64,000 bases of DNA, from the NCBI GenBank assembly GCA_045588185.1, contig JAZNDR010000051.1, positions 5,132 through 69,131 of the forward strand, written 5' to 3'. Below, piece after piece: positions 15,905-25,327 of this stretch (its first letter is position 1; the number at the start of each line of letters is the position of its first letter). The stretch is from Candidatus Scatosoma sp. (GTDB lineage Bacteria > Bacillota > Clostridia > Christensenellales > Borkfalkiaceae). The translations under genes were made by a program, and so were the position numbers. The notes beneath the pieces were generated by a model. That model was not told the DNA's origin and did no database searches. It saw only the letters and a program-made list of their open reading frames with translations.

Positions 15905-17518
15905 ATGCACAATTTTAATTTGAGCGTCCTGTTTCTCTCCACCATACAGACGGGGATAGCCGTTGCTATCGCCGCCGTAGCCTTGGTACTTGGCGCAGCC
16001 GTAACCTTTTTCGTATTAAAAGCAAACGCGAAAAAGAAAGTCGGCAATGCAAAAGACGACGCTGAAAAAATCGTAAGCGATGCAAAAGCGGAAGCTGAGC
16101 AAATCAAAGCCCAAGGTAAAGAAGAAAGCAAGAGAGCTTTAAAAGAAGCCCTGCTTGAAGCAAAGGAACAGGATTTAAAATTAAGAAACGAGTTCGAACG
16201 CGAAACGAAAGAAAAGAAAGCAGAGATCCAGCGCATGGAGCAACGCTTGACGCAAAAAGAGGACGCGCTCGACAAGAAATCGGAACTGCTCGAACAGCAA
16301 AAGAGCCACCTTTTCAAAAAGGAAGAAGAAGTGGTTGCTTTGCAGGAAAAACTCAGTTCTCAACACGAACTGATGATTCAAGAGTTGGAAAAGGTTGCAC
16401 AGCTTACGCGTGAAGAGGCGAAGCGTTTGTTGACGGAAGAAATCCTCGACAGCACCCGCCACGACGTAGCGATACAGGTGCGCAATCTTGAACAACAGGC
16501 AAAAGACGAAGCGGATATGAACGCGAAGAAAATCGTTGCGCTCGCCATTCAAAAATGCGCGGCGGACCAAGCTTCGGAAATCACCGTTTCCGTCGTACCT
16601 TTGCCCAACGACGATATGAAAGCCCGTATTATCGGGCGTGAGGGTAGAAATATCCGCGCGCTTGAAAACGCAACGGGTATCGAGCTTATCGTAGACGATA
16701 CGCCCGAAGTCGTTATTCTTTCGGGCTTCGACCCCGTTCGCCGTGAGATTGCCCGCCTTTCGCTTGAAAAGCTTATCAACGACGGCAGAATCCACCCCGC
16801 AAGAATCGAAGAAACGGTAGAAAAAGTATCCCGTGAAATGGATATCCAAATCAAAGAAGCGGGCGAAGCAGCGGTATTCGAGGCAGGTATTTTCGGATTA
16901 CACCCCGAACTTATTAAGCTTATCGGTCGTTTGAAATTTAGAACCAGCTACGGTCAAAACGTTTACAAACATTCCGTAGAAGTGGCGACGCTTGCAGGAC
17001 AAATGGCGGCAGAGCTTGGCTTGGACGTTAATTTTGCAAAACGCGCGGGCTTGTTGCACGACATCGGTAAAGCGGTCGATCAGGAACAAGAGGGCACGCA
17101 TATTCAAATCGGCGCAGACCTTGCGAAGAAATATAAAGAAAACGCAAATATCGTCAACGCAATTATGGCGCACCACGGCGACGTAGAACCCAAGACGATT
17201 GAAGCCGTGCTTATACAAGCGGCTGACGCAATTTCCGGCGCACGCCCGGGTGCAAGAAGAGAAACGGGTACGAACTATGTGAAGCGTTTGGAAAGACTGG
17301 AAGCAATTGCTTCGGGCTTCAACGGCGTAGAAAAGAGCTACGCGATCCAAGCGGGCAGAGAGGTGCGCGTTATCGTCAAGCCCGAGCAGGTGGACGACGC
17401 GCAGGCATTGTTCCTTGCCAAAGATATTGCGAAAAAGATTGAAACGGAGCTTGAATATCCGGGACAAATCAAAGTCAACGTTATTCGTGAATTCCGCGGC
17501 GTCGAGTATGCAAAGTAA
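15905..17518 (+). CDS. rny: ribonuclease Y
   Basis: N-terminal TM anchor, a coiled-coil, a KH domain ([13 protein letters not shown]) and an HD domain (LLHDIGKA...HH). Confidence 0.95.
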   Translation: MHNFNLSVLFLSTIQTGIAVAIAAVALVLGAAVTFFVLKANAKKKVGNAKDDAEKIVSDAKAEAEQIKAQGKEESKRALKEALLEAKEQDLKLRNEFERETKEKKAEIQRMEQRLTQKEDALDKKSELLEQQKSHLFKKEEEVVALQEKLSSQHELMIQELEKVAQLTREEAKRLLTEEILDSTRHDVAIQVRNLEQQAKDEADMNAKKIVALAIQKCAADQASEITVSVVPLPNDDMKARIIGREGRNIRALENATGIELIVDDTPEVVILSGFDPVRREIARLSLEKLINDGRIHPARIEETVEKVSREMDIQIKEAGEAAVFEAGIFGLHPELIKLIGRLKFRTSYGQNVYKHSVEVATLAGQMAAELGLDVNFAKRAGLLHDIGKAVDQEQEGTHIQIGADLAKKYKENANIVNAIMAHHGDVEPKTIEAVLIQAADAISGARPGARRETGTNYVKRLERLEAIASGFNGVEKSYAIQAGREVRVIVKPEQVDDAQALFLAKDIAKKIETELEYPGQIKVNVIREFRGVEYAK

Positions 17519-17530
17519 AGAAAGGTTCAT

Positions 17531-17567
17531 CCCCGAAATCTTGTAACGAAGATTTCGGGGTGTTTTT
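17531..17567 (+). terminator. intrinsic terminator after rny
   Basis: 10-bp stem CCCCGAAATC / GATTTCGGGG followed by TGTTTTT. Confidence 0.8.
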
Positions 17568-17617
17568 AAAAAAGATTAAAGAAAGTAAAAAATTTTTAAA
17601 AATCTAATTGTTTTAAC

Positions 17618-17646
17618 TTGACATTTGCGGAAAATTTCACTATAAT
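17618..17646 (+). promoter_or_regulatory. consensus sigma-A promoter (TTGACA-17-TATAAT) for tRNA-Thr
   Basis: Both hexamers are perfect and the spacer is 17 nt. The tRNA starts about 32 nt downstream. Confidence 0.75.
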
Positions 17647-17677
17647 GTCATAGTAATCGTTGAGAGAAGATAGAAAT

Positions 17678-17753
<76 letters not shown>

Positions 17754-17754
17754 A

Positions 17755-17800
17755 AACCCGACATTTATGCAAAAATCTTGCATAAACGTCGGGTTATTTG
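17755..17800 (+). terminator. terminator-like hairpin after tRNA-Thr containing a TATGCAA palindrome
   Basis: Outer stem AACCCGAC / GTCGGGTT. The inner palindrome is TATGCAAAAATCTTGCATA (17766-17784). A T-rich tail follows. Confidence 0.55.
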
Positions 17801-17808
17801 TATAAAGG

Positions 17809-17844
17809 ACAATAGCCGAGTAGGCGAGATTACTCGGCTATTGT
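17809..17844. other. perfect 14-bp hairpin in the inter-tRNA spacer
   Basis: ACAATAGCCGAGTA / TACTCGGCTATTGT with an 8-nt loop. Confidence 0.7.
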
Positions 17845-18001
17845 TGTAAAAGTTTTTGTCTATTTTCATTTGCTTTGGGTTGTGCGAGAATAACCACAAC
17901 GCTAACGGAAAATTATTTATAATAATAAAAACTAAATGGAAAACGCCAGTACAAAGGGTACAAGGCGTATTTTGGGGATATAGCATTGATGAAAATTGCT
18001 T

Positions 18002-18041
18002 AAATAAATATCCCCGCGTTTTCACGCGGGGATATTTATTT
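18002..18041 (-). terminator. 17-bp hairpin terminator downstream of tRNA-Leu (bidirectional shape)
   Basis: AAATAAATATCCCCGCG / CGCGGGGATATTTATTT with A/T-rich flanks. Confidence 0.7.
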
Positions 18042-18127
18042 TGGTGCCGAAGGTGGGACTTGAACCCACACGTTGTCACCAACAACGGATTTTGAGTCCG
18101 TCGCGTCTGCCATTCCACCACTTCGGC
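18042..18127 (-). tRNA. tRNA-Leu (anticodon CAA), class II with long variable arm
   Basis: The reverse complement folds with acceptor GCCGAAG/CTTCGGC, anticodon loop CTCAAAA, a long variable arm, T-loop TTCAAGT and an encoded CCA. Confidence 0.9.
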
Positions 18128-18363
18128 TTATTTTGGAAAGCTTTATTATTATATATGATGCCGAAAAAAAAAGCAAGCGTTTACAACAACTTTTTTTAAC
18201 TTTTTTATACTTTTTTTCAATATAATTGCATTTTTAAAAATTAAGCCGTGCAAATGTGTCCGCTCTTTTCGAAGAAAGGCGAATGCTTGTATTGCTTTTG
18301 CGTTCGTGCTGTATAGATTTTTTAATTTTTATACATCTATCAAGCAAAAGCAATGAAAAATAT

Positions 18364-18392
18364 TTGCGAAATATGTCGAAATATGTTATAGT
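18364..18392 (+). promoter_or_regulatory. sigma-A-type promoter (TTGCGA-17-TGtTATAGT) whose spacer is a tandem 10-mer
   Basis: Hexamers at 18364-18369 and 18387-18392. CGAAATATGT is repeated in tandem at 18367-18376 and 18377-18386. Confidence 0.45.
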
Positions 18393-18436
18393 ATTTACAA
18401 TTGATTTATTTTTACCATAATATGGAGGATTTTTTA

Positions 18437-20284
18437 ATGCACTCAACAAAAAAGACAAAACTTATTTCGCTTATTATTGCATTATTATGTTTACTAATGG
18501 GCGTATTTATCCTTTCCGAAAAGAACTCTGTTCCAAATAGAAAAGCTTTGGCGGAAGGCGAGTATTTGGAAATTTTACCCACAGATTTTGAAGTTACAAG
18601 TTATGTGGACAACGGTTTTATTTGTACTATCTATGTGGATTACATGGGGCAAGGCTTGTTACCGCAAAGTACAACAAATAATTTAAAATATGCCACTGAA
18701 AATATTTTAATTCAAACAAATTTAGAAACGCCTGTTATGTTGCAATATGTTCGCCCAAATGCAAGTGCTACTAAAATCTTTTTCGAGTTCTACATGAATC
18801 CCGAGGATCCCTCGGCGGGTCCGTTTAATGATTCGGTAAATAAATTGATTTTTTATGACGGCTTAAAAATAGATGCGAACTCGAAGTATACCGATAGTTA
18901 TGCAGGAATCGTCTTTAAGGGGGATACCGTTTTTGAAAAAGACGGCGATACGTGGAAGACTGTCGTTGAAAGTGAAACAACGCCAACGGGCTCGTCCGTT
19001 CCATTAAACGGCAGTGAAACGGTAAACGTTGCGTGGAATGACGAACTTGAAAGATTAGAGGCAAAAATTGCTTTGCCGTACACGGCGGAAGCGGACGTTA
19101 TGTATACGGGAGAAGTTGCGTATGCTATTAGCGGTGCGGAATATTCAAATACCGTCACGGCACAACAGTTCGCAAACGAGGCGGTTTTGACGCTTATATT
19201 TGAAAACTCCGAGGTGCTTCGCGCTGGGACGGGTATCAGTTTAACTTTGAGCGAATCGACTTTAACAAGCGAAGAATACGGAGAATTAGAATTAACGGAC
19301 GAAATTACTTTTTATGGTTATTCGGACGGCGAATGGCTCACGGAAGAGCTTTTAGAAATTCGCAAAGCCGACGGCGCAGAAATCACGGTGGAAAAATTGC
19401 CGATGAATACTACCGTTTACACCTTTCCGCAAGCGACGGAAAGAGCAGGGTGTTCGTTCCTCGGTTGGGTATATGAAAGCGGTATGTATCGCGTGGGCGA
19501 CGAATTGACAATTCCGCAAAACACGAAAGTTTTAACCATAGAAGCTCGCTATCTTGCGTATTCGCTTTTGGACGGAGCCTCCATACGCTACGGAGCAAAT
19601 GCGGCGGATTCGGGAATTCGCTTTTCCGCCACTTTAACGAGTACAAGCTTTGAGGCGAACGCTGAATTTATTTATTCAATCGGTATTATTTTAATGCCGA
19701 CGGATAAGCTTGTCCCTGATAAAGAGTTTACTTTGAGTAATTATGAGGAAGATATAGCGACTGGGCATGTGTTTCGTAATAAAGAGGATATTTCTTTTAA
19801 CGCATCGGGAATATTTAAATTTAACGTGGCAATTGTGAGGTTGCTAAACGGAAACTATAATCGCAGTTTTTCCGCGAGGGTATATACGATTGTTGAATAT
19901 GAAAATGATAGAGAGTATGTTTGGGAAAATAAGATTGAAAGCAGAAGTCTGTATGAGGTGGCAAGCAATGCACTGAAAGACGAGAATAAAGACACTGTAT
20001 TTACAAGCGACCAAATAACGCTTTTAAAATCGTACGTAAATTCGATTGCGGATATTCGTTATGACGGAGCGAACGTTATGATTGTAAATGCCACGGAAAG
20101 TCCTGCAATCACAGCGGCGAGTGTGCGCATAAGTGTAGACGCAGACGGGAAAGAGATTGTAACCATCGTGGCAACAACGACAGTTGAACGTTTTTTCGGC
20201 GTTATATATAACGGTATTCGTATTCACGCAACTCAGCGAGCGGGCGATGGAACGGTTACCATTACGTTTAATCCTACATTGTAA
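18437..20284 (+). CDS. secreted/cell-surface protein of unknown function (615 aa) with one Listeria-Bacteroides-type repeat
   Basis: Start moved to ATG 18437, 7 nt after GGAGGA. Signal/anchor KKTKLISLIIALLCLLMGVFIL. The segment ...ERAGCSFLGWVYESGMYRVGDELTIP...IEARY resembles the GYxFxGW repeat family. Confidence 0.6.
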   Translation: MHSTKKTKLISLIIALLCLLMGVFILSEKNSVPNRKALAEGEYLEILPTDFEVTSYVDNGFICTIYVDYMGQGLLPQSTTNNLKYATENILIQTNLETPVMLQYVRPNASATKIFFEFYMNPEDPSAGPFNDSVNKLIFYDGLKIDANSKYTDSYAGIVFKGDTVFEKDGDTWKTVVESETTPTGSSVPLNGSETVNVAWNDELERLEAKIALPYTAEADVMYTGEVAYAISGAEYSNTVTAQQFANEAVLTLIFENSEVLRAGTGISLTLSESTLTSEEYGELELTDEITFYGYSDGEWLTEELLEIRKADGAEITVEKLPMNTTVYTFPQATERAGCSFLGWVYESGMYRVGDELTIPQNTKVLTIEARYLAYSLLDGASIRYGANAADSGIRFSATLTSTSFEANAEFIYSIGIILMPTDKLVPDKEFTLSNYEEDIATGHVFRNKEDISFNASGIFKFNVAIVRLLNGNYNRSFSARVYTIVEYENDREYVWENKIESRSLYEVASNALKDENKDTVFTSDQITLLKSYVNSIADIRYDGANVMIVNATESPAITAASVRISVDADGKEIVTIVATTTVERFFGVIYNGIRIHATQRAGDGTVTITFNPTL

Positions 20285-20302
20285 ATAGTGAGGTGGATTT
20301 TC

Positions 20303-20434
20303 ATGAAAAGATATATACGTAGTATAGTAGAGATTATCCGCGTAAACGATAAAGACGTTTTCACGGATAGTACGGAAACAATCAAGGATGGGGAATACGA
20401 AAAAGTAATTACCGACGTTTGGGCGGAGGATTAA
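20303..20434 (+). CDS. possible small ORF (43 aa)
   Basis: MKRYIRSIVEIIRVNDKDVFTDSTETIKDGEYEKVITDVWAED. GAGGTGG RBS lies 7 nt upstream. The ORF starts 18 nt after the previous stop and is followed by a strong terminator. It is below the 60-aa ORF-track cutoff. Confidence 0.4.
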   Translation: MKRYIRSIVEIIRVNDKDVFTDSTETIKDGEYEKVITDVWAED

Positions 20435-20440
20435 GAAATA

Positions 20441-20471
20441 ACGCCGAGGCAATCTACGGTTGCCTCGGCGT
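20441..20471. terminator. bidirectional terminator between convergent genes
   Basis: 11-bp stem ACGCCGAGGCA / TGCCTCGGCGT with T-rich flanks on both strands. Confidence 0.7.
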
Positions 20472-20484
20472 AAAATTTTATCGG

Positions 20485-21234
20485 TTATTCGGTAATGATT
20501 TGCGGGAATTTTTCCACTTTGACGGAATCGGGAATGGTATGGTTACTTACGATATAGTCCACGTCGTTCAAAGAACAAAGATGGAAAAGGGACGTCTTAC
20601 CAAATTTCGTACTGTCGCAAAGAAATACTTTTTTAGACGCGTGTTTTATCATTGCCTTACGGATAACGTTTTCCTCTTCAAAACAGTCGTATATCTCGCC
20701 GTCGTTGTTGACCGATTGCGCGGAGAAAAACGCAATGTCGGCGTGGAAGTTTCCGATCATTTCTTCGGCATAATGCCCGACGAGCACCGAACGGTTCAAT
20801 TCCTGTATACATCCGCCAGTCGAATACGCTGTAATATTGTTTTTAGCCAGCAAAGAAAGGGTGTCGATTCCGTTCGTGATTACGCGAATATTTTTAAATT
20901 CTGAAAGATATTCCGCAATAAAGAATGCAGAGGTTGTACCGTCAAGAAAAATAAGGTCGCCGTTTTTAATGAGCTTGATAGCGGCGAGTGCCATTTTCTT
21001 TTTTTCAAAGCTGTTGATATGCACGCGGAACGTGAAGCTTGGGAAGAAATTATTGTCATCGTTCAGCTGTGCGCCGCCGTGGGTACGCGTTACAAGTCCT
21101 TTGCGTTGCAATACGTTCAGTTTACGGCGAACGGTAGAGGGACTTACAAACAGTTTTTCCGCAAGCTCGTCAATGGTTGCATATTGATTGTTTTGTAAGA
21201 TTTCTAAAATTTCTCTTTCTTGTTTTTCTTTCAT
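20485..21234 (-). CDS. DeoR/GlpR-family transcriptional repressor
   Basis: N-terminal HTH (IDELAEKLFVSPSTVRRKLNVLQRKGLV) and a C-terminal DeoR sugar-phosphate sensor domain. Divergent from the glycerol-phosphate-type operon. Confidence 0.85.
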   Translation of the reverse strand: MKEKQEREILEILQNNQYATIDELAEKLFVSPSTVRRKLNVLQRKGLVTRTHGGAQLNDDNNFFPSFTFRVHINSFEKKKMALAAIKLIKNGDLIFLDGTTSAFFIAEYLSEFKNIRVITNGIDTLSLLAKNNITAYSTGGCIQELNRSVLVGHYAEEMIGNFHADIAFFSAQSVNNDGEIYDCFEEENVIRKAMIKHASKKVFLCDSTKFGKTSLFHLCSLNDVDYIVSNHTIPDSVKVEKFPQIITE

Positions 21235-21249
21235 AAATTTGCTCGTTTT

Positions 21250-21275
21250 GCGGAAAACGTGCGCACAATTTCCGC
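21250..21275. promoter_or_regulatory. 26-bp near-perfect palindrome, candidate DeoR operator
   Basis: GCGGAAAACGTGCGCACAATTTCCGC. Arms GCGGAAA/TTTCCGC flank the core GTGCGCAC. It lies in the divergent intergenic region. Confidence 0.45.
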
Positions 21276-21397
21276 TTATTTATCCTTTTTTGTTGTCAAT
21301 GTTACCTGTTTTATAAATTTGCTTTGCTTATTTGCTTATTTATATTATAATAGAATAAAATCAAACTGTCAAGTTATTTTACTAAAAAGGAGCAGAA

Positions 21398-22828
21398 ATG
21401 TTTGACGTTATTGTAATCGGTGGAGGCGTGATAGGCGGTACGGTACTTCGTGAACTTACCAAGTATCAGCTTTCCGTCTGTATGCTGGAAAAAGAAAACG
21501 ATGTTTGTATGGGGCAAAGCAAAGCAAATAGCGGTATCGTACACGCGGGCTTTGACGCTGCAATAGGCTCGTTAAAAGCAAAATTTAACGTACTCGGCAA
21601 CAAGATGATGCCCAAGTACGCAGAAGAGCTGGGCGTAAAATACGTAAATAACGGATCGCTTGTCGTGGCATTCTCCGAAGCGGAAATAAACACGCTGCAC
21701 AAGCTCAAAGCCCGCGGGGAAGCAAACGGCGTGTCCGATATGGAAATCCTCGATCAAGCACAGCTTCGTGCGTTAGAACCGAACGTATCCGACGAGGCAG
21801 TCGGCGCCCTGCTCGCCAAGACAGGCGGTATCATTTGTCCTTACGGATTGACGATTGCGGCAATCGGTAACGCAATGGATAACGGGGCAAGACTGTATAC
21901 CGATTTCGAGGTTGTTGCAATCTCTAAAAACGACGATAAATTTACCGTTAAAGCGGCGGATAGACGCGAGGTTGAAGGAACACTCGTAATTGATTGTGCA
22001 GGGCTTGCAAGCGGTAAAATAGCGGCTTTGGCAGGCGATGACACTATTAAAGTCAGTGGCAGAAAAGGTGAATATATATTATTAGATAGGGAGAGCGGAG
22101 ATTTCGTTTCGCATACGCTGTTCTTTACGCCCACTGAAAAGGGTAAGGGTATACTCGTTACACAGACAGCGGATAAAAATATTTTGTTAGGACCTACATC
22201 CGAGGAAATCCCCGACGGTTGCACGGATACGACGGCAACGGGATTAGCGTTCGTAATCGAGAAAGTCAAGAAAATGAGTAAAAACCCGCCGTTGTTTAAT
22301 ACGATTACTTCGTTTTGCGGTGTGCGCGCATATTCCGATCGTCACGATTTTATCATTGAAGAGAGTAAAAAGGTAAAGGGTTTGATTCTTTGCGCGGGTG
22401 TAGAATCTCCTGGTTTGACGTCCGCTCCCGCAATTGCAAAATACGTCGTGGAAGAGTTGGTTGGGGCAAATATCGTACTTACGAAAAACGAGAAGTTTAA
22501 CGGTATTCGTAAACCTGAATATTTCTTCAAAGATCTTTCGACGGAAGAAAAAAACGAAATTATAAAAAAAGACCCTTCGTACGGTAAAATCGTTTGCCGT
22601 TGCGAGCAAATCACAGAGGGCGAAATTCTCCGTGCTATCAGGGAAAATCCGCCGGCAAAAAATATTGACGCGGTAAAACGCAGAACGCGTGCGGGTATGG
22701 GCAGATGTCAAGGCGGTTTCTGTCAGCCGTACGTTGCGGAGTTGATCGCCAAAGAACAAAATATACCTTTTGAACAGGTAACGAAAAGCGGGAAGGGGTC
22801 TAATCTCGTCGTGGGGGTGAGCAAATGA
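21398..22828 (+). CDS. FAD-dependent oxidoreductase, GlpA/LhgO-like, with C-terminal BFD-like [2Fe-2S] domain
   Basis: N-terminal VIVIGGGVIGG dinucleotide fold. C-terminal CRCEQITEGEI...RAGMGRCQGGFC. Confidence 0.8.
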   Translation: MFDVIVIGGGVIGGTVLRELTKYQLSVCMLEKENDVCMGQSKANSGIVHAGFDAAIGSLKAKFNVLGNKMMPKYAEELGVKYVNNGSLVVAFSEAEINTLHKLKARGEANGVSDMEILDQAQLRALEPNVSDEAVGALLAKTGGIICPYGLTIAAIGNAMDNGARLYTDFEVVAISKNDDKFTVKAADRREVEGTLVIDCAGLASGKIAALAGDDTIKVSGRKGEYILLDRESGDFVSHTLFFTPTEKGKGILVTQTADKNILLGPTSEEIPDGCTDTTATGLAFVIEKVKKMSKNPPLFNTITSFCGVRAYSDRHDFIIEESKKVKGLILCAGVESPGLTSAPAIAKYVVEELVGANIVLTKNEKFNGIRKPEYFFKDLSTEEKNEIIKKDPSYGKIVCRCEQITEGEILRAIRENPPAKNIDAVKRRTRAGMGRCQGGFCQPYVAELIAKEQNIPFEQVTKSGKGSNLVVGVSK

Positions 22829-24081
22829 AAAACAATTACGATATCGTTGTAATCGGCGGTGGCCCAGCAGGACTCGCCGCGGCGATTGCTGCGTATGATA
22901 ACGGAGCAAAAAACGTGCTCATTCTCGAAAGAGAAGAACGCCTTGGCGGTATTCTCAATCAATGTATTCATAACGGCTTTGGCTTGACGAGATTTAAAGA
23001 AAGCTTGTCGGGGCCCGAATATGCGGCTCGTTTTATCGACGAGGTCAACGCGCGCGATATAGAGGTAATGACAAAAACCACCGTGCTTTCGCTGAGTAAC
23101 GATAAAAAAGTTACGGCAATCAACACGGAATACGGCGTATTCACGATAGAAGCAAAAGCGATCGTCCTTGCGATGGGTTGCAGAGAACGCAGCCGCGGTG
23201 CGCTGAACGTGGCAGGAAGCAGACCTGCGGGCGTATATTCGGCGGGTACTGCGCAAAAATACGTAAATATCAAGGGGTATCTCCCTGGGAAAAGTGTTGT
23301 GATACTCGGTTCAGGCGATATCGGCTTGATTATGGCGCGCCGTATGACGTTAGAGGGTGCAAAGGTGCACGCCGTTTGCGAAATAATGCCTTATTCCAGC
23401 GGTTTAAAACGTAATATTGCGCAATGCTTGGATGACTTCGGTATTCCGCTTTATCTCAACCATACCATCACGAAAATCGAGGGAGATAAGCGCGTTACGG
23501 GCGTTGTGATTTCCGAGGTCGATAAAGATAAAAAGCCTATCAAAGGAACGGAAATGCACTTTGATTGCGATACGGTGCTTTTCTCCGTCGGACTTATTCC
23601 GGAAAACGAATTAACAAAATCCGCGGGTATCGAACTTTCGCCCCGTACGCGCGGTGCGGTCGTATATCAAAACCGCGAAACGCTTGTGGACGGTGTGTTT
23701 GCTTGCGGTAACGTATTGCAGGTACACGATTTGGTAGACTTTGTTTCCGAAGAATCCGAGCTTGCAGGTAAATGCGCCGCAGAATACGTGTTAAATGGTA
23801 CAACCCAGCGTAACGCCGTTGACGTTGTAAACGGTAAAAACGTCGGATACGTCGTACCGCAGAAATTAGATAAAAACGCCGATGGGAATGTGAAATTGTT
23901 TTTCCGTGTAACAAATACTTTCCGTGATTGCACGATAACGGCAAGGTGCGGAGACAAGGTATTGTTGCAGCGCAAAAAGAAGATTGTCGTTCCCAGTGAA
24001 ATGGAAACTTTATTGCTAACGAGTGCAAAAATAGCCGAAGCGAACGGCACGATCGAGGTATCGTTGGAGGAGGGAATATGA
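22825..24081 (+). CDS. NAD(P)/FAD-dependent (pyridine nucleotide-disulfide type) oxidoreductase
   Basis: IVVIGGGPAGLAAA plus a second Rossmann motif VVILGSGDIGL. ATGA overlap with the upstream gene. Confidence 0.8.
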   Translation: MKNNYDIVVIGGGPAGLAAAIAAYDNGAKNVLILEREERLGGILNQCIHNGFGLTRFKESLSGPEYAARFIDEVNARDIEVMTKTTVLSLSNDKKVTAINTEYGVFTIEAKAIVLAMGCRERSRGALNVAGSRPAGVYSAGTAQKYVNIKGYLPGKSVVILGSGDIGLIMARRMTLEGAKVHAVCEIMPYSSGLKRNIAQCLDDFGIPLYLNHTITKIEGDKRVTGVVISEVDKDKKPIKGTEMHFDCDTVLFSVGLIPENELTKSAGIELSPRTRGAVVYQNRETLVDGVFACGNVLQVHDLVDFVSEESELAGKCAAEYVLNGTTQRNAVDVVNGKNVGYVVPQKLDKNADGNVKLFFRVTNTFRDCTITARCGDKVLLQRKKKIVVPSEMETLLLTSAKIAEANGTIEVSLEEGI

Positions 24082-24425
24082 TAATAAAAAAATTGACTTG
24101 TATTGAATGCCCGATCGGTTGCGAGATTGAGGTGGGAGTAGAGAACGGAAAGGCGGTTTCCGTGAAAGGCAATACCTGTCCTCGCGGAAAAATGTACGCG
24201 GAAAACGAAGTCGTTTGCCCCGTTCGCGTGGTAACTTCTACGATTAAAGCGATTGACGGTACGATGGTACCCGTGAAAACGGATAAACCCGTAAGAAAAA
24301 GCGAAATTTTCGCCGTAATGGAAAAAATCAATAAAACAACTTGTTCTTTGCCCGTTAAAATCGGCGACGTATTGCTTGAAAATATTTCCGATGACGCAAA
24401 CCTTATTGCGACAGGTAACGCGTAA
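24078..24425 (+). CDS. DUF1667-like Cys-rich small subunit
   Basis: CIECPIGCEI...GNTCPRG pattern. Third member of the oxidoreductase trio recurrently seen in Thermotogae and Clostridia. Confidence 0.7.
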   Translation: MIIKKLTCIECPIGCEIEVGVENGKAVSVKGNTCPRGKMYAENEVVCPVRVVTSTIKAIDGTMVPVKTDKPVRKSEIFAVMEKINKTTCSLPVKIGDVLLENISDDANLIATGNA

Positions 24426-24436
24426 AGGAGCACGGT

Positions 24437-25255
24437 ATGCAGGACTATTTTGGCAAAGACACAAGCGTCTTTATGCAAAAGAAACTCTTTTTGTTTGATA
24501 TGGACGGCACGATTTACCGTGAAAACGATTTGTTTGACGGCGTAATTGAATTGCTGAATAAAATCAAAAATAAAGGGGGCAGATACGCGTTTATTACCAA
24601 TAATCCGTCAAAATCGGTTAAAGATTATATCAAAAAGCTTAATCGCCTTGGAATTGTGGGGATAAACGAAAACAACTTCTTTACTTCCGCACAAGCCGCT
24701 ATTATGATTTTTAAAGAAAAATTCGGCGATAAGCTGATTTATGCGCAGGGTACAAAGTCGTTTATCAAAGAGCTGAAAGCAAACGGATTAAGCGTTACAC
24801 AAAAATATACGGATAAAGCAAACGCCGTTCTCGTTGCGTTCGACCCTGAAATTACAGGTAAAAAATTGCGCACGACCTGTGAAATTTTAACGAAACACGA
24901 TTTACCCTATTATGCGACGAATCCCGACTGGGTCTGCCCTGTCGATTTCGGTTCGATTCCCGATTGCGGTTCAATGTGCGTAGGTATTGAATACGCCACA
25001 GGTAAAAAACCTATTTTTATCGGAAAGCCTGAGCCGACGATGGTATTAGAGATTATGAAAAAGTTTGGGGTTTCCAAAGAAGAAACGGTAGTTTTGGGCG
25101 ATCGAATTTATACCGACGTGGCGTCGGGCTTGAACGCAGGCGTGGACGCCGTATGCGTACTTAGCGGTGAGGCAACGCTAAAAGACGTAGAGGAGAGCGA
25201 GCAAAAGCCGACTTTCGTTTTAGAAAGCGTTAAAGATATCATTGATATGATTTGA
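24437..25255 (+). CDS. HAD-IIA (NagD-like) phosphatase
   Basis: LFDMDGTIY motif I, ITNNPS, and GKPEP...GDRIYTD motifs. Confidence 0.8.
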   Translation: MQDYFGKDTSVFMQKKLFLFDMDGTIYRENDLFDGVIELLNKIKNKGGRYAFITNNPSKSVKDYIKKLNRLGIVGINENNFFTSAQAAIMIFKEKFGDKLIYAQGTKSFIKELKANGLSVTQKYTDKANAVLVAFDPEITGKKLRTTCEILTKHDLPYYATNPDWVCPVDFGSIPDCGSMCVGIEYATGKKPIFIGKPEPTMVLEIMKKFGVSKEETVVLGDRIYTDVASGLNAGVDAVCVLSGEATLKDVEESEQKPTFVLESVKDIIDMI

Positions 25256-25327
25256 TTTTTAAATTTTAGTGTATATATTTATTGTTGCAAAAATAAAATA
25301 AAGAAATAATAATATTGAGGTGGGTTA

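Noticed and set aside
15772-16849. Antisense ORFs (181 aa, 222 aa) opposite rny
   Set aside because: They mirror the Lys/Glu-rich coiled-coil of RNase Y, giving Phe/Leu/Ser-rich antisense. They show no independent signals.
17765-18121. 118-aa minus-strand and 79-aa plus-strand ORFs in the inter-tRNA spacer
   Set aside because: Both run through tRNA-Leu and the terminator hairpins. They have no RBS.
23594-24478. 294-aa and 265-aa antisense ORFs opposite the oxidoreductase and DUF1667 genes
   Set aside because: Same reasoning. The sense-strand genes have clear cofactor motifs and operon coupling, and the antisense ORFs have no RBS or motifs.
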